From: an uncultured Sulfurimonas sp.
GTDB lineage: Bacteria; Campylobacterota; Campylobacteria; Campylobacterales; Sulfurimonadaceae
Length of the DNA stretch: 64,000 nucleotides
Assembly (NCBI GenBank): GCA_964404655.1
Contig: CAYOKX010000002.1
Span: 1,037-65,036, forward strand
Direction of reading: 5' to 3'
Shown here one piece after another: positions 42,512 through 52,741 of this stretch. The position numbers and the translations under genes were made by a program. Under the pieces are notes generated by a model, which saw only the letters and a program-made list of their open reading frames with translations, was not told where the DNA came from and searched no databases. Position 1 is the stretch's first letter. Every line of letters starts with the position of its first letter.

Positions 42512-43587
42512 TTTTTACCAATAGCATTTAAATCTTTAAATGCAACCTCTACTCTCTGAACTAAAGTTTTTTGACCATCACGTGACCATTTTCTAGGGTC
42601 ATAATATTTTTTATTTGGTTTATCATCACCATCTGGATTCCCAATTTGACTTTGCATATAATCTTTATTTTTTTCATAATAATCTTTAACACCTATCCAA
42701 GTAGCCCATTGAGTATCTGTGTCAATATTCATTTTAATAACACCATATCCAATCGCTTCAGTTATATCTGAAGGTTCAGAACCTGAACCACCATGAAATA
42801 CAAAATTAACTGGTTTTTCAATAGTTTGAAACTTTTCTTGAATATATTTTTGAGAGTTATCTAATATAGATGGAGTTAATGAAACATTTCCTGGTTTATA
42901 AACACCATGAACATTTCCAAATGATGCAGCAATCGTGAAATATGGAGATACTTTACTCAACTCTTCATACGCATAAGCTACCTCTTCAGGTTGTGTGTAT
43001 AAAAGAGCATTATCTATCTCTGTATTATCAACACCATCTTCTTCACCACCTGTTACACCTAACTCTATCTCTATACTCATACCTATTTTAGCCATACGTT
43101 CAAAATATGTTTTACATGTAGCTATATTTTCTTCTAAAGGCTCTTCGGAGAGGTCTAACATATGAGAAGAGTAAAGCGGTTTACCGTGAGCTTTAAAATG
43201 GTTTTCCCCAGCTTCTAAAAGTGCATCTATCCAAGGAAGAAGTTTTCTAGCTGCGTGGTCAGTATGTAAAATAACAGGGATACCATAAGCTTTAGCCATC
43301 ATATGAACATGAATAGCTCCACTTACAGCTCCAGCAATTGCTGCTCTATCATTTTCATTGCTTAATCCTTTTCCTGCATAGTATGATGCACCACCATTAC
43401 TAAATTGAATAATTACAGGAGATTTTACTTTTGCAGCAGCCTCTAAAACACCATTAATTGAGTCTGTTCCAACTACATTTACTGCTGGAATTGCAAAACC
43501 CTCTTTTTTTGCATAATCATATACTTTTTGAACATCTTCACCAAAAAGAACACCTGCTTCTACTATATTTAAAATTCCTATACTCAT
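42508..43587 (-). CDS. fbaA: Class II fructose-bisphosphate aldolase
   Basis: LHTDH, SSHMLDLS, GNVHGVY, FHGGSG, KMNIDTD. Confidence 0.97.
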   Translation of the reverse strand: MSIGILNIVEAGVLFGEDVQKVYDYAKKEGFAIPAVNVVGTDSINGVLEAAAKVKSPVIIQFSNGGASYYAGKGLSNENDRAAIAGAVSGAIHVHMMAKAYGIPVILHTDHAARKLLPWIDALLEAGENHFKAHGKPLYSSHMLDLSEEPLEENIATCKTYFERMAKIGMSIEIELGVTGGEEDGVDNTEIDNALLYTQPEEVAYAYEELSKVSPYFTIAASFGNVHGVYKPGNVSLTPSILDNSQKYIQEKFQTIEKPVNFVFHGGSGSEPSDITEAIGYGVIKMNIDTDTQWATWIGVKDYYEKNKDYMQSQIGNPDGDDKPNKKYYDPRKWSRDGQKTLVQRVEVAFKDLNAIGKN

Positions 43588-43763
43588 TATTATTCCTAAA
43601 TATTTTTTATTATTCCTATTATATTATAGGCTTCATTTAAAACAACTTTTAAAACTTTTTATTTATAACTCTTTAAACTCTTTCTTAAAAATCATCAATA
43701 TTACAGAATGTTTTTGTTATTATTTTTACATTAAGATGTAACAAAAAATTAAAGGTCAATATA

Positions 43764-44270
43764 TTGAAAATAGTTCCTACTACGAATGAAAAAAAGTTTA
43801 GTTCCCATACTTTACTTGTTACTAAAACAGATTTAAAAGGTAAAATCACTTATGCTAATCGTGGTTTTATGGATATTGTAGGATTTGATGAGACTACTCT
43901 TGTTGGGTCTCCACACAATATCATTCGTCATCCAGATATGCCAAAAATTGTATTTAAACTTTTATGGGAGTATCTACAAAAAGGGCAGGAAGTTCATGCT
44001 TATGTAAAAAATCTATGTAAAGATGGCTCTTATTATTGGGTATTCGCAAATGTGACACCATCTTATGATAGTAAAAATAATAGCAGAATTATAGGGTATC
44101 ACTCCTCTCGACGAGTACCAAATAGTAGTGCTTTAGCTATTATAACTCCTCTTTATAAAAAACTTTTAGCTGTGGAAAAAAGTGAAGGTATCGATGCTAG
44201 TGAAAAAATATTAAATAATCTACTTAAAGAAAAAGGTCTCGCTTATGATGAATTTATCCTCTCTTTCTAA
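43764..44270 (+). CDS. Aer/CetB-type PAS protein
   Basis: [35 protein letters not shown]; overlaps start of the MCP gene. Confidence 0.9.
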   Translation: MKIVPTTNEKKFSSHTLLVTKTDLKGKITYANRGFMDIVGFDETTLVGSPHNIIRHPDMPKIVFKLLWEYLQKGQEVHAYVKNLCKDGSYYWVFANVTPSYDSKNNSRIIGYHSSRRVPNSSALAIITPLYKKLLAVEKSEGIDASEKILNNLLKEKGLAYDEFILSF

Positions 44271-45696
44271 ATTACACTATGCAAACTATGCTCATTTAGC
44301 TGTTATATCTATAAGTATGTTTATATCTATAATATTTTTTGAATTTCATATTGTAACTTTTATGTTTAACTTTTTTAATATCGCTATTGCTATCTACGCC
44401 TATAAACAGATTCATGTAACGAGAGATTGTCTTAATCGCTCATCTCAAATTATTAAAACAGCAGCTATTGATGGAAATTTTGAAAATCGTCAGCACAATA
44501 TAGAGGGTAAAGGAGAATTAACAGAGTTAGCATGGAATATAAATGACCTTTTTGACCAAATAGAGAGTATTTTACGTGAAATTAATACTTCAATAGAGTA
44601 TGCTTCTCATAATCAATATTTTAGAAGAGTAAATACTATTGGATTAAATACAACCTTTATAAAAACAGGTACACTTATAAATCTTTCACTTGATGCGATG
44701 GAACAGGAGTTTAAACATCAAGATAAGGAAACTTTTTTTAGTCATCTATCGAGAACAGGTGATGGTTTGATGATAAACTTTCAAAATATTCAAGCACAGA
44801 TAAGTGAAACCAATGATACTCTTACACAGTTAGCAGTGGAATCACAAGAGAGTGCATCTCTTTCTCGTTCAAATAACTCTGTTGTTGAAGAGATGAATAC
44901 AAATTTTATAAAGCTTTCTGAAATTATTGCAAAAAATGATGATGCTATTGCTGGTGTTAGTTCTAAAACAGGGGAGATTACATCAGTAATAGATTTAATC
45001 AAAGATATAGCAGACCAAACTAACCTTTTAGCTCTTAATGCAGCTATTGAAGCAGCTAGAGCAGGGGAGCATGGTCGTGGTTTTGCCGTTGTTGCTGATG
45101 AGGTAAGAAAATTAGCAGAACGAACACAAAAAGCAACAAATGAGATAACTATCTCAATATCAACTTTACAACAAGAAGCTAATGGGATGTTAGATAGTTC
45201 TAATGAACTTAACGAGATAGCAGACCAATCGACAAAAAGTGTTGCCACTCTTTATTCATCACTAAAGCAATTTAGTGAAACATCAGAATCGGTACTTCAA
45301 TCTAGCCGATTTATGAAAAATAAGAATTTTATTGTTTTAGCAAAAATAGACCATATTCTTTTTAAAGCAGATGCTTTAGAACAGTTGAGAGAAGAGAATC
45401 AAAAAGAGTTTGATAATCATCATAATTGTAGATTTGGTAAATGGTATTCAACTGATGGTGCTTTGCAATTTGGAGATTCTGAAAGTTTTAAAAAGATAGA
45501 AAGTCCTCATGCCCTTGTGCATAATTCTGTTATCTCTAGTTTTTCACTCATAAAAAATAGTGAAGCGATAGAGCATAAAGAGGAAATTTTAAAAAATTTT
45601 AAAAATATAGAAGTTGCATCTACTGAACTTTTCAAACTTATGGATAAGGTTCTATTAGAGGAAGCTGATTATTCAAATTTGAATATGAAAAAATAA
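44245..45696 (+). CDS. Methyl-accepting chemotaxis protein (CetA-like) with C-terminal CZB domain
   Basis: N-terminal TM hairpin, HAMP-like region, [37 protein letters not shown], then DHILFK...[10 protein letters not shown]...PHALVH. Confidence 0.92.
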   Translation: MMNLSSLSKLHYANYAHLAVISISMFISIIFFEFHIVTFMFNFFNIAIAIYAYKQIHVTRDCLNRSSQIIKTAAIDGNFENRQHNIEGKGELTELAWNINDLFDQIESILREINTSIEYASHNQYFRRVNTIGLNTTFIKTGTLINLSLDAMEQEFKHQDKETFFSHLSRTGDGLMINFQNIQAQISETNDTLTQLAVESQESASLSRSNNSVVEEMNTNFIKLSEIIAKNDDAIAGVSSKTGEITSVIDLIKDIADQTNLLALNAAIEAARAGEHGRGFAVVADEVRKLAERTQKATNEITISISTLQQEANGMLDSSNELNEIADQSTKSVATLYSSLKQFSETSESVLQSSRFMKNKNFIVLAKIDHILFKADALEQLREENQKEFDNHHNCRFGKWYSTDGALQFGDSESFKKIESPHALVHNSVISSFSLIKNSEAIEHKEEILKNFKNIEVASTELFKLMDKVLLEEADYSNLNMKK

Positions 45697-45801
45697 GAAG
45701 AGATTATTTTACTTTTTAAGAAAGATATAAAAGTACAAAATGTATAATGTGAATCGACTTTGCATAATGATAAAATAAAAATCTAAAGACTGGAACTTAA
45801 C

Positions 45802-46698
45802 ATCTTTAAACAATTAGCAATTATTGGTCCAACAGCGTCAGGAAAAAGTGCATTAGCGATTAGAATAGCTCTCGAAATTGATGCTTATATATTATCGATA
45901 GACTCACTGAGCATATATACAGAGATTGATATCGTCTCTGCGAAACCATCAAAGAGTGAGCTTGATAGTGTTAGACACTTTGGAATTGATGTTTTAGGAC
46001 CCAACCAATATTTTAATGTAGATTTATTTATTAACCTATATCATACAGTCGTGCAAATATGTAAAAAAGACAATAAGAATTTAATCATTATTGGTGGTAC
46101 GTCTTTTTACCTCAAATCACTTATGCAAGGTTTGTCTAAAATTCCTACGATTACAGAACAAACTATTCAAACAGTAAATTCAAAACTTAAAAATCTTCCT
46201 AAATGTTATGATCTCTTAATGGATATAGACCCTCTCTATATGAAGAATATAACTTCAAATGATAGATATAGAATAGAAAAAGCACTTCTTATCTATGAAT
46301 CTTCAAATATAATTCCTACAAAATGGTTCGAACTTAATCCTCCTAAACCTATTATAGAAAATATTGATATTTTTAATATAGAGGTAGATAGAGAAATATT
46401 AAGAGAACGAATTTCTCAGCGTACACAACAGATGTATAGATTAGGTCTCATTGATGAGATCTGTTATTTGGAACAGAAATATTCTCGTCTTCCTAATGCT
46501 ATGGGTGCAATAGGAATAGTAGAGGTACTTGAGTATCTTGATGGTAAAGTAACTCAAGAGAAGATGCTTGAAAATATTTCTATACATACAGCCCAATTAG
46601 CAAAACGACAACAAACTTTTAATCGTACACAGTTTAAAAATGTTGTAAATGCTCCTTTAGAAAAACTTGAATCGATTATTTTAAAACATTTTTTCTAA
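45802..46698 (+). CDS. miaA: tRNA dimethylallyltransferase MiaA; inferred ATC start (CTG 45790 is an alternative)
   Basis: In frame upstream of the track start: IFKQLAIIGPTASGKS...SIDSLSIY...SAKPS...HF. In-frame TAA at 45784-45786 and no ATG/GTG/TTG until 46051. Also GGTSFY, LAKRQQTF. Confidence 0.9.
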   Translation: MFKQLAIIGPTASGKSALAIRIALEIDAYILSIDSLSIYTEIDIVSAKPSKSELDSVRHFGIDVLGPNQYFNVDLFINLYHTVVQICKKDNKNLIIIGGTSFYLKSLMQGLSKIPTITEQTIQTVNSKLKNLPKCYDLLMDIDPLYMKNITSNDRYRIEKALLIYESSNIIPTKWFELNPPKPIIENIDIFNIEVDREILRERISQRTQQMYRLGLIDEICYLEQKYSRLPNAMGAIGIVEVLEYLDGKVTQEKMLENISIHTAQLAKRQQTFNRTQFKNVVNAPLEKLESIILKHFF

Positions 46699-46719
46699 TT
46701 TTTTAGAGAAAGGAAATTT

Positions 46720-47673
46720 ATGAAAAATATAGCTATACTTTGTTCGGGTGGTGATGTTTCAGGAATGAATCCTGCTCTTAAACGATTTGTAGAATACTCT
46801 TTAGATAAAAACCTAAATCCCTATTTTATATATGATGGCTATGAAGGACTTATCGATAATAAGATAAAAAAAGCATCATATAAAGATGTAAGTGGGATTA
46901 TAACAAGGGGTGGGAGTATTATAGGTTCTACTAGAAGCTTACGATTTAAAAAAAGAAAACATCGAAAAACAGCAAAAGAGAATTTAGATAAACTTCATAT
47001 AGATAAACTTATAGTTCTTGGAGGAGATGGTTCTTTTAGGGGAATAAATCAGTTTTCTAAAGAGTTTAATATAAAGTTTTCTGCTATTCCTGCAACAATA
47101 GATAACGATATAAATAAAACAGATTATACATTAGGTGTTGATACTGCTCTTAATATTATTAAGGACGCTATCGACTCTCTTCGAGATACAGCAGATGCTT
47201 CTAAAAAAGCTTTTGTTATAGAGATAATGGGTCGAGATTGTGGATATTTAGCACTTATGAGTTATCTTACCTCTGGTGCAGAACTTTGTTTAATTCCTGA
47301 AGTTGAATACAATTTAGAAGATTATGAACATAAATTTAAAAAAGAGCTAAAAAATGGTCGTAGATATTTTTTAGCGATAGTTTCTGAAGGCATAGAAGAG
47401 GATACTAATAGTATAGTAAAATGGTTTGAAACAAAGATAGGGGTAAAATCAAGAGTAACAATATTGGGGCATATTCAAAGAGGAGGAAAACCATCTATAT
47501 ATGATAGAGTTATGGCATATAAATTTGTTACTTATGCTATTGATGCTCTTACAGAAAGAAAAATGAACAACTCTGTAATATGTTATACAAAAAAAGGTTT
47601 TAGTTATAAAACTATTAAAGAGGTAGTAAGTTCTCCAAAAAAACTAGATGAAGAACTTTTAAAACTACTCTGA
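46720..47673 (+). CDS. pfkA: ATP-dependent 6-phosphofructokinase
   Basis: SGGD..GMN, GGDGS, PATIDND, MGR.CG, LGHIQRGG. Confidence 0.93.
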   Translation: MKNIAILCSGGDVSGMNPALKRFVEYSLDKNLNPYFIYDGYEGLIDNKIKKASYKDVSGIITRGGSIIGSTRSLRFKKRKHRKTAKENLDKLHIDKLIVLGGDGSFRGINQFSKEFNIKFSAIPATIDNDINKTDYTLGVDTALNIIKDAIDSLRDTADASKKAFVIEIMGRDCGYLALMSYLTSGAELCLIPEVEYNLEDYEHKFKKELKNGRRYFLAIVSEGIEEDTNSIVKWFETKIGVKSRVTILGHIQRGGKPSIYDRVMAYKFVTYAIDALTERKMNNSVICYTKKGFSYKTIKEVVSSPKKLDEELLKLL

Positions 47674-47675
47674 TA

Positions 47676-48968
47676 TTATTTAGTAAGTCTAACTCTTACC
47701 GATTGTTCGTGAGCTGTTAAACCCTCTGTATTTGCTATTAAAGCACACTCTTCTCCTATCTCATTTATCGCATTTTTACTAAATGAGATGATAGAAGTTT
47801 TTTTCATAAAGTTTTCAACACCAAGTGGAGAATAAAATTTTGCTGTTCCACCTGTTGGTAAAGTATGGTTTGGACCAGCTACATAATCACCTATCGCTTC
47901 AGGAGTATTATGCCCTAAGAAAATTGCTCCAGCATGTTTTATAAGTGGTAAAAGCTCAAAAGGTGAAGTGGTTGCAACCTCTAAATGTTCAGGTGCTATC
48001 TCATTCATCAGTTTTATAGCTTCTTCCATAGTTTGAGTTACTATTATAGCTCCTCTCTCTTCTATCGACTTTCTTGCTATCTCTTGACGAGGAAGTTTCA
48101 CTAACCAGTTTTCTATCTCTACTTTTACAGCATCAGCTAACTTTTGTGATGGAGTTATTAGGATAGAACTTGCCATCTCATCATGTTCTGCTTGACTTAA
48201 AAGGTCTATTGCCAAATGGTTTGCATTAGCACTATCATCAGCTAATATTCCTATCTCACTTGGTCCTGCTATCATATCTATATTTACATCACCAAAAACC
48301 ATCTTTTTAGCTGTTGCTACAAATATATTTCCCGGCCCAGTTACTACATCTACTTTCGGTATAGTTTGTGTTCCATAAGCCATAGCAGCTATGGCACTTG
48401 CTCCGCCCACTTTATACACTTGAGTTACACCACAAAGATGACATGCTGAAAGAAGTAGTGCATTTGGTTCATTGTCTGGCGTTGGAGTACATACTACTAT
48501 ATTTTCAACTCCCGCAACTTGTGCTGGAATAACATTCATAAGAAGTGAAGATGGATACGCAGCTTTTCCTCCTGGTATATAAAGTCCAGCACTATCAACA
48601 GCTGTTACACGTTGCCCTAAAATAGTTCCATTTGGCTCATCATCAAACCAAGATTTAGGTTTCTGTTTTTCGTGATACACTTTAATTCTATCGTAAGCTA
48701 AATGAAGAGCTGATTTTAATTTTTCATCAAGTTCATCATAGGCTTTACTCATAGACTCAGTTGAAATTTTCAAATCTTCATCATTCTTCGGTGACCAATT
48801 ATCAAATTTTGCTATATGAGTTTTAAGAGCCTCATTTTTATCTATTTTAATCTCATCAATAATATTTCCAACGATAGAGCTAACATGAGCTATATCCATT
48901 TTTCCACGTTGTAATAGTTCGTTAAATTCTTCTTCAAATGTAGATGTTTGTGTTGTTGTAAATATCAT
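47676..48968 (-). CDS. hisD: Histidinol dehydrogenase
   Basis: YIPGGKAAYPSS, DMIAGPSE, LSQAEHD, APEHL, GPNHTLPT. Confidence 0.98.
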   Translation of the reverse strand: MIFTTTQTSTFEEEFNELLQRGKMDIAHVSSIVGNIIDEIKIDKNEALKTHIAKFDNWSPKNDEDLKISTESMSKAYDELDEKLKSALHLAYDRIKVYHEKQKPKSWFDDEPNGTILGQRVTAVDSAGLYIPGGKAAYPSSLLMNVIPAQVAGVENIVVCTPTPDNEPNALLLSACHLCGVTQVYKVGGASAIAAMAYGTQTIPKVDVVTGPGNIFVATAKKMVFGDVNIDMIAGPSEIGILADDSANANHLAIDLLSQAEHDEMASSILITPSQKLADAVKVEIENWLVKLPRQEIARKSIEERGAIIVTQTMEEAIKLMNEIAPEHLEVATTSPFELLPLIKHAGAIFLGHNTPEAIGDYVAGPNHTLPTGGTAKFYSPLGVENFMKKTSIISFSKNAINEIGEECALIANTEGLTAHEQSVRVRLTK

Positions 48969-49134
48969 TTTATCTCCTAAAGTGTTAATATTTCTTATTA
49001 TAGCTACAATTATATTATTAACTACTCAATTTTTCCATCATACTTTCAAAACAGGAGAGTTTTTTTTCTTCTTCTTGCCAAAATATCAAATAAAAAATTT
49101 GATATAATAATGAAAAATTATAAAAGGAATAGAT

Positions 49135-49956
49135 TTGAAAAAAATAGTTTTAAGTAGCCTTGTAGCTACAACACTCCTCTTTTCAGCACAAACACCAGCG
49201 GAACTTAACTTAAAAATAGCCGATAATAATACACAGATAGAAGCTTTAAAAGCAAAAAATGCAGAGCTTTCAGCACAGCTTCCTATAAATAATGCTTTTA
49301 TAACTCATACAGAGTTAGGTTTTATTATGACAGATGGGAATACTGAAACTATCTCGTATAATGCAGATGTTGCTATCTCTAAACGCTTTGATGAACATAA
49401 ATTTAAATTAACTTTTAATGGTCAATATTCTTATGATAACACAGATAATTCTAGTAAAGAGATTAAAAATCAATATTTGACTGAACTAACATATAACTAT
49501 GATATTAGTGATGTTATCTCTTTTACTTATCTAAATGGTTTTAAGCAAGATAAATTCTCAAATTTTGATTATCAGTTCTATACAGGTCCAGGTGCGACAT
49601 ATAAAGCGATAGTTTCAAAAGCCCATAATTTAGAGTTAGAGGGAAATTTGTTATATTCAGTTGATAATATTTTAGGTGCGAATACACCTGAAAGAGAAGA
49701 ATATAGTGCTTATCGAGCAAAAGCTGTTTATGGTTGGCAGATTACAGATAGTTTAAAATTTGACCAAGAACTTTCGTATAGAGGTTCTTTTGAGCAAGAG
49801 GAAAACTATTTTGTTTTTTCAAAATCTATGCTTACAAGTAAAATTAATGATATTTTATCAGCAGGTTTAAGTTATACACTTAACTATGCAAATGATGCAG
49901 GTTTAAAAGAGCATACAGATGGTACTCTTAGTGCTAGTATAATTATAGATTATTAA
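49135..49956 (+). CDS. DUF481/YdiY-like outer-membrane beta-barrel protein
   Basis: Signal peptide, short coiled coil, ELGF..TDGNT, DKFSNFDYQ, terminal IIIDY strand. Confidence 0.75.
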   Translation: MKKIVLSSLVATTLLFSAQTPAELNLKIADNNTQIEALKAKNAELSAQLPINNAFITHTELGFIMTDGNTETISYNADVAISKRFDEHKFKLTFNGQYSYDNTDNSSKEIKNQYLTELTYNYDISDVISFTYLNGFKQDKFSNFDYQFYTGPGATYKAIVSKAHNLELEGNLLYSVDNILGANTPEREEYSAYRAKAVYGWQITDSLKFDQELSYRGSFEQEENYFVFSKSMLTSKINDILSAGLSYTLNYANDAGLKEHTDGTLSASIIIDY

Positions 49957-49981
49957 ACCTCTCTAAAAAAGAGGTTTAATA
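49951..49981. terminator. Bidirectional terminator hairpin between convergent genes
   Basis: TATTAAACCTCT-7nt-AGAGGTTTAATA perfect 12-bp stem. Confidence 0.7.
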
Positions 49982-49982
49982 A

Positions 49983-50420
49983 CTATTTTTTCTTTAGAGT
50001 TTTCTCTTTCTCTATTTTTGTAAATTCCATTTTTACAATAGCTAATGCTTCTAAAAATTGTTCTGAACCTATTGCTCCTGGAATTGGAGCATACATAGGT
50101 TCACCATTTGGTAGTAAAAACCATATACTAGGAGTACCAGGTCTCCATAGCTCTTGTGGTGTATAATCATTTTCATCTGTATATGAAACGATAGAGATAA
50201 AATCTCTATTTAATGCCTCAATAACTCTTTTATCTTTTAAAGTTGTTTCATCCAAAATAACACAATATTTACAAGTGTGACGAGAAAATATAAATAGTAC
50301 AGGTTTATTTAGCTTTTTAGCTTTTTCTATACCATTTTTAAAATCTTTTTCCCAGTAAACTTCAGATGCAAGAAGGGATGAAAAAAGAAAAAACATAATA
50401 AATACTATTTTTTTAATCAT
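49983..50420 (-). CDS. Exported thioredoxin-fold protein
   Basis: Signal peptide, KPVL, CKYC, GTP. Confidence 0.85.
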   Translation of the reverse strand: MIKKIVFIMFFLFSSLLASEVYWEKDFKNGIEKAKKLNKPVLFIFSRHTCKYCVILDETTLKDKRVIEALNRDFISIVSYTDENDYTPQELWRPGTPSIWFLLPNGEPMYAPIPGAIGSEQFLEALAIVKMEFTKIEKEKTLKKK

Positions 50421-50928
50421 ATTTTTTTACCTTTTTCAATAGTTCAAGAGAACAATCAGTTGCAGTTTTATTTGTAACATCAATAACAATATCGGCTAAG
50501 GCTAAATATTCTGGACGTCTCTGTTCATATAGCTCTTTTGCTTTTTTTAAATCACTTAAAAGAGGTCTTTTTTTAAGTTTATTCTCTGCATTTGGATGCT
50601 CTTTTATCCGTTTTAAAATAGCATCAAATGGGGAGTCTAATAGAACAATAGTTCCTATTTTTTTTAAGTTTTGTACTTTATAAAAACCACCACCTGTTGA
50701 GATTAATGTATTTTTAACACTTTTCTGAAGCCAAATAGAAACTTGTTTTTCTAAATCCCTAAAATAGCTCTCACCATCTTCTTCAAAAATTTTTTTTATT
50801 TTTTTATTTTGCATACTTTCTATTATATCATCTGTATCAACAGTCATATAATTAGAATTTTTTGAAATTTCTCTAGCTACACTTCCTTTACCTACACCCA
50901 TAAAACCTATTAAAATTATGTTTTTCAT
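50413..50928 (-). CDS. aroK: Shikimate kinase
   Basis: GFMGVGKG, GE.YFR, STGGG, RPLL. Confidence 0.95.
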   Translation of the reverse strand: MKNIILIGFMGVGKGSVAREISKNSNYMTVDTDDIIESMQNKKIKKIFEEDGESYFRDLEKQVSIWLQKSVKNTLISTGGGFYKVQNLKKIGTIVLLDSPFDAILKRIKEHPNAENKLKKRPLLSDLKKAKELYEQRRPEYLALADIVIDVTNKTATDCSLELLKKVKKYD

Positions 50929-50946
50929 CTATTTTCCTATATTTAA

Positions 50947-52230
50947 TTATTGAAATGCACTCATATCAAAATCTGGTTTTGTTTTTATTATTTTTATATA
51001 TAATCTAACTGGAACTAAAATATTATATTCTAAAAGTACCATACTTATTATAAAAGATATAACAGATGGTTCAAAAATAGTTGGAATATAAAATGAAAAT
51101 ATAAATCCTATTAAAGCTGATATAAAAAATAAAAACTGTATTTTTGCTAAACGTTTATCTATCATCTGTGTTATAGTTGGGATACTCATATATCCTTTTG
51201 CATTAAGATGAAACCATACAAGAAAAGGAACTATTTTATAAAGCATTCCTATAATAATAGAAAAAATAAAACCACCACCTATTAAGATAGCGACCATAAC
51301 GATATATTCATATTTAAAAAATTCATCAAATATCCATAAAAATGTTCCTAATGATAAAAATATACTTGATGCTCTCCAGTACCAGATAGTAACATCTACT
51401 ATGGGACGTTTTCTTTCATTTAATTTTTTCCAAACAGTTGTTGCAAATGCTAAGAAAAATAGTGCTACTAAGAACTTTCCTATTAAAGCATACTCTTCTG
51501 CAAATATATTTAAAATTAACCAGAGAAATAAACCTAATGATATGAGATAAACCACATAGTTTTTACAAAAGTTTTTAAAATGTGGTGCTACATAGAACAT
51601 AGGTAATACTTGAAATGAAACACCTATAATCAAAATACCTGCAAATCCAAAAATTGCCATAACACTATGAATATTTGCCACTACAAAATGAAATTCTGAA
51701 TGAGATTCTGTTATATATGAATATAACAAGAATAGTCCCATAATGAGTATACTAAAAGCAAAAAAGAGGCTTGTTGCCATAGCTCGAACAGTTGCTGTAA
51801 TATTTTTAATATTAGTAATAGCTAATGAAATGAAAACTATCATAAGAGTAAATCCACTTCCGAGAGAGATAAAGGAAAGTGTAAGATAAAGAGAACTGTT
51901 TTCAACTAATCCTACAATCATCAAAATCAATCCAAAACTCATCAATATATGTGCAATTTGTGTCACTATTTTTACTTTATATATTTTAGCACCAGCTAAA
52001 ACAGGTAACATCTGTGTTAATGCTCCAAACATTACAAAACTAAAAAATCCTATTGTAATCGTATGGGTAACAATAATTGAGTCGATAGAGTATCGACTCA
52101 TAAGAGATGATGTATCACTTAATAGCATTAATATACCTGCTAAAATGCCAAAAAGAGGAGCTGTGATAAAAAATCTTAATGGTGCAGATATAGGAGGTGC
52201 TTGGTCTGTTGATAATCCTGAAAAATTCAC
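50947..52230 (-). CDS. About 12-TM membrane protein with heme-copper-oxidase/NnrS-like His-containing repeats
   Basis: Three pseudo-repeats (TH..TIGF...GALTQMLPV; IHSVMAIFGF...GVSFQVLPMF; GMLYKIVPFLVWFH); GTG start; directly after a hemerythrin gene. Confidence 0.6.
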   Translation of the reverse strand: MNFSGLSTDQAPPISAPLRFFITAPLFGILAGILMLLSDTSSLMSRYSIDSIIVTHTITIGFFSFVMFGALTQMLPVLAGAKIYKVKIVTQIAHILMSFGLILMIVGLVENSSLYLTLSFISLGSGFTLMIVFISLAITNIKNITATVRAMATSLFFAFSILIMGLFLLYSYITESHSEFHFVVANIHSVMAIFGFAGILIIGVSFQVLPMFYVAPHFKNFCKNYVVYLISLGLFLWLILNIFAEEYALIGKFLVALFFLAFATTVWKKLNERKRPIVDVTIWYWRASSIFLSLGTFLWIFDEFFKYEYIVMVAILIGGGFIFSIIIGMLYKIVPFLVWFHLNAKGYMSIPTITQMIDKRLAKIQFLFFISALIGFIFSFYIPTIFEPSVISFIISMVLLEYNILVPVRLYIKIIKTKPDFDMSAFQ

Positions 52231-52242
52231 AAATAAATTCCT

Positions 52243-52683
52243 TTACTCTATAATGAGTGAATCCATCATAGCAACTATACGTTCAGATTCAGCACTTAGA
52301 TGTTGTTGTGCCATAGGATAAAGCATCTGCTCCTCTTTCATATTATGTTGCTGTAAAAGAATCATCAATGTTTCTGTTAAACCAAAAAACTTCTCTTTAT
52401 CATTTTGTTCTATTGCTTCAAGAAGTTGTGTCATTAAAGCTCTCATCTGAGTATGTTCTTGTCTCATCATTGCAGTTGGACCTTGTGTCATACCTGTTTT
52501 TATTTCAAATTCAAGAAACATTACACGCTCTTCCATCTGAAAATGCTTTTCTGTTTCATTGATAAACTCTTGAGTAATTGCCTTTGCATCTGATAGTGAA
52601 CTATTTGCCTTATTTTCCATCTCTGCAAATATCTCATCACACTTTCTATGGTCTGCTGATAAAAAATCTTTAATTGTTGCCAT
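52243..52683 (-). CDS. Hemerythrin (HHE) domain protein
   Basis: DHRKCD, HFQMEE, GPTAMMRQEH, HNMKEEQMLYPM. Confidence 0.92.
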   Translation of the reverse strand: MATIKDFLSADHRKCDEIFAEMENKANSSLSDAKAITQEFINETEKHFQMEERVMFLEFEIKTGMTQGPTAMMRQEHTQMRALMTQLLEAIEQNDKEKFFGLTETLMILLQQHNMKEEQMLYPMAQQHLSAESERIVAMMDSLIIE

Positions 52684-52741
52684 TGTTCTATACCTTTTTA
52701 TTTATATTTTTTTGTATTATATCGAAAGCTGTTATTAACTA

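Noticed and set aside
43587-43618. Direct repeat TTATTATTCCTA x2 in the fba leader
   Set aside because: Short and AT-rich; one copy is simply the SD region and it lacks the ANGGA consensus. Likely a small duplication.
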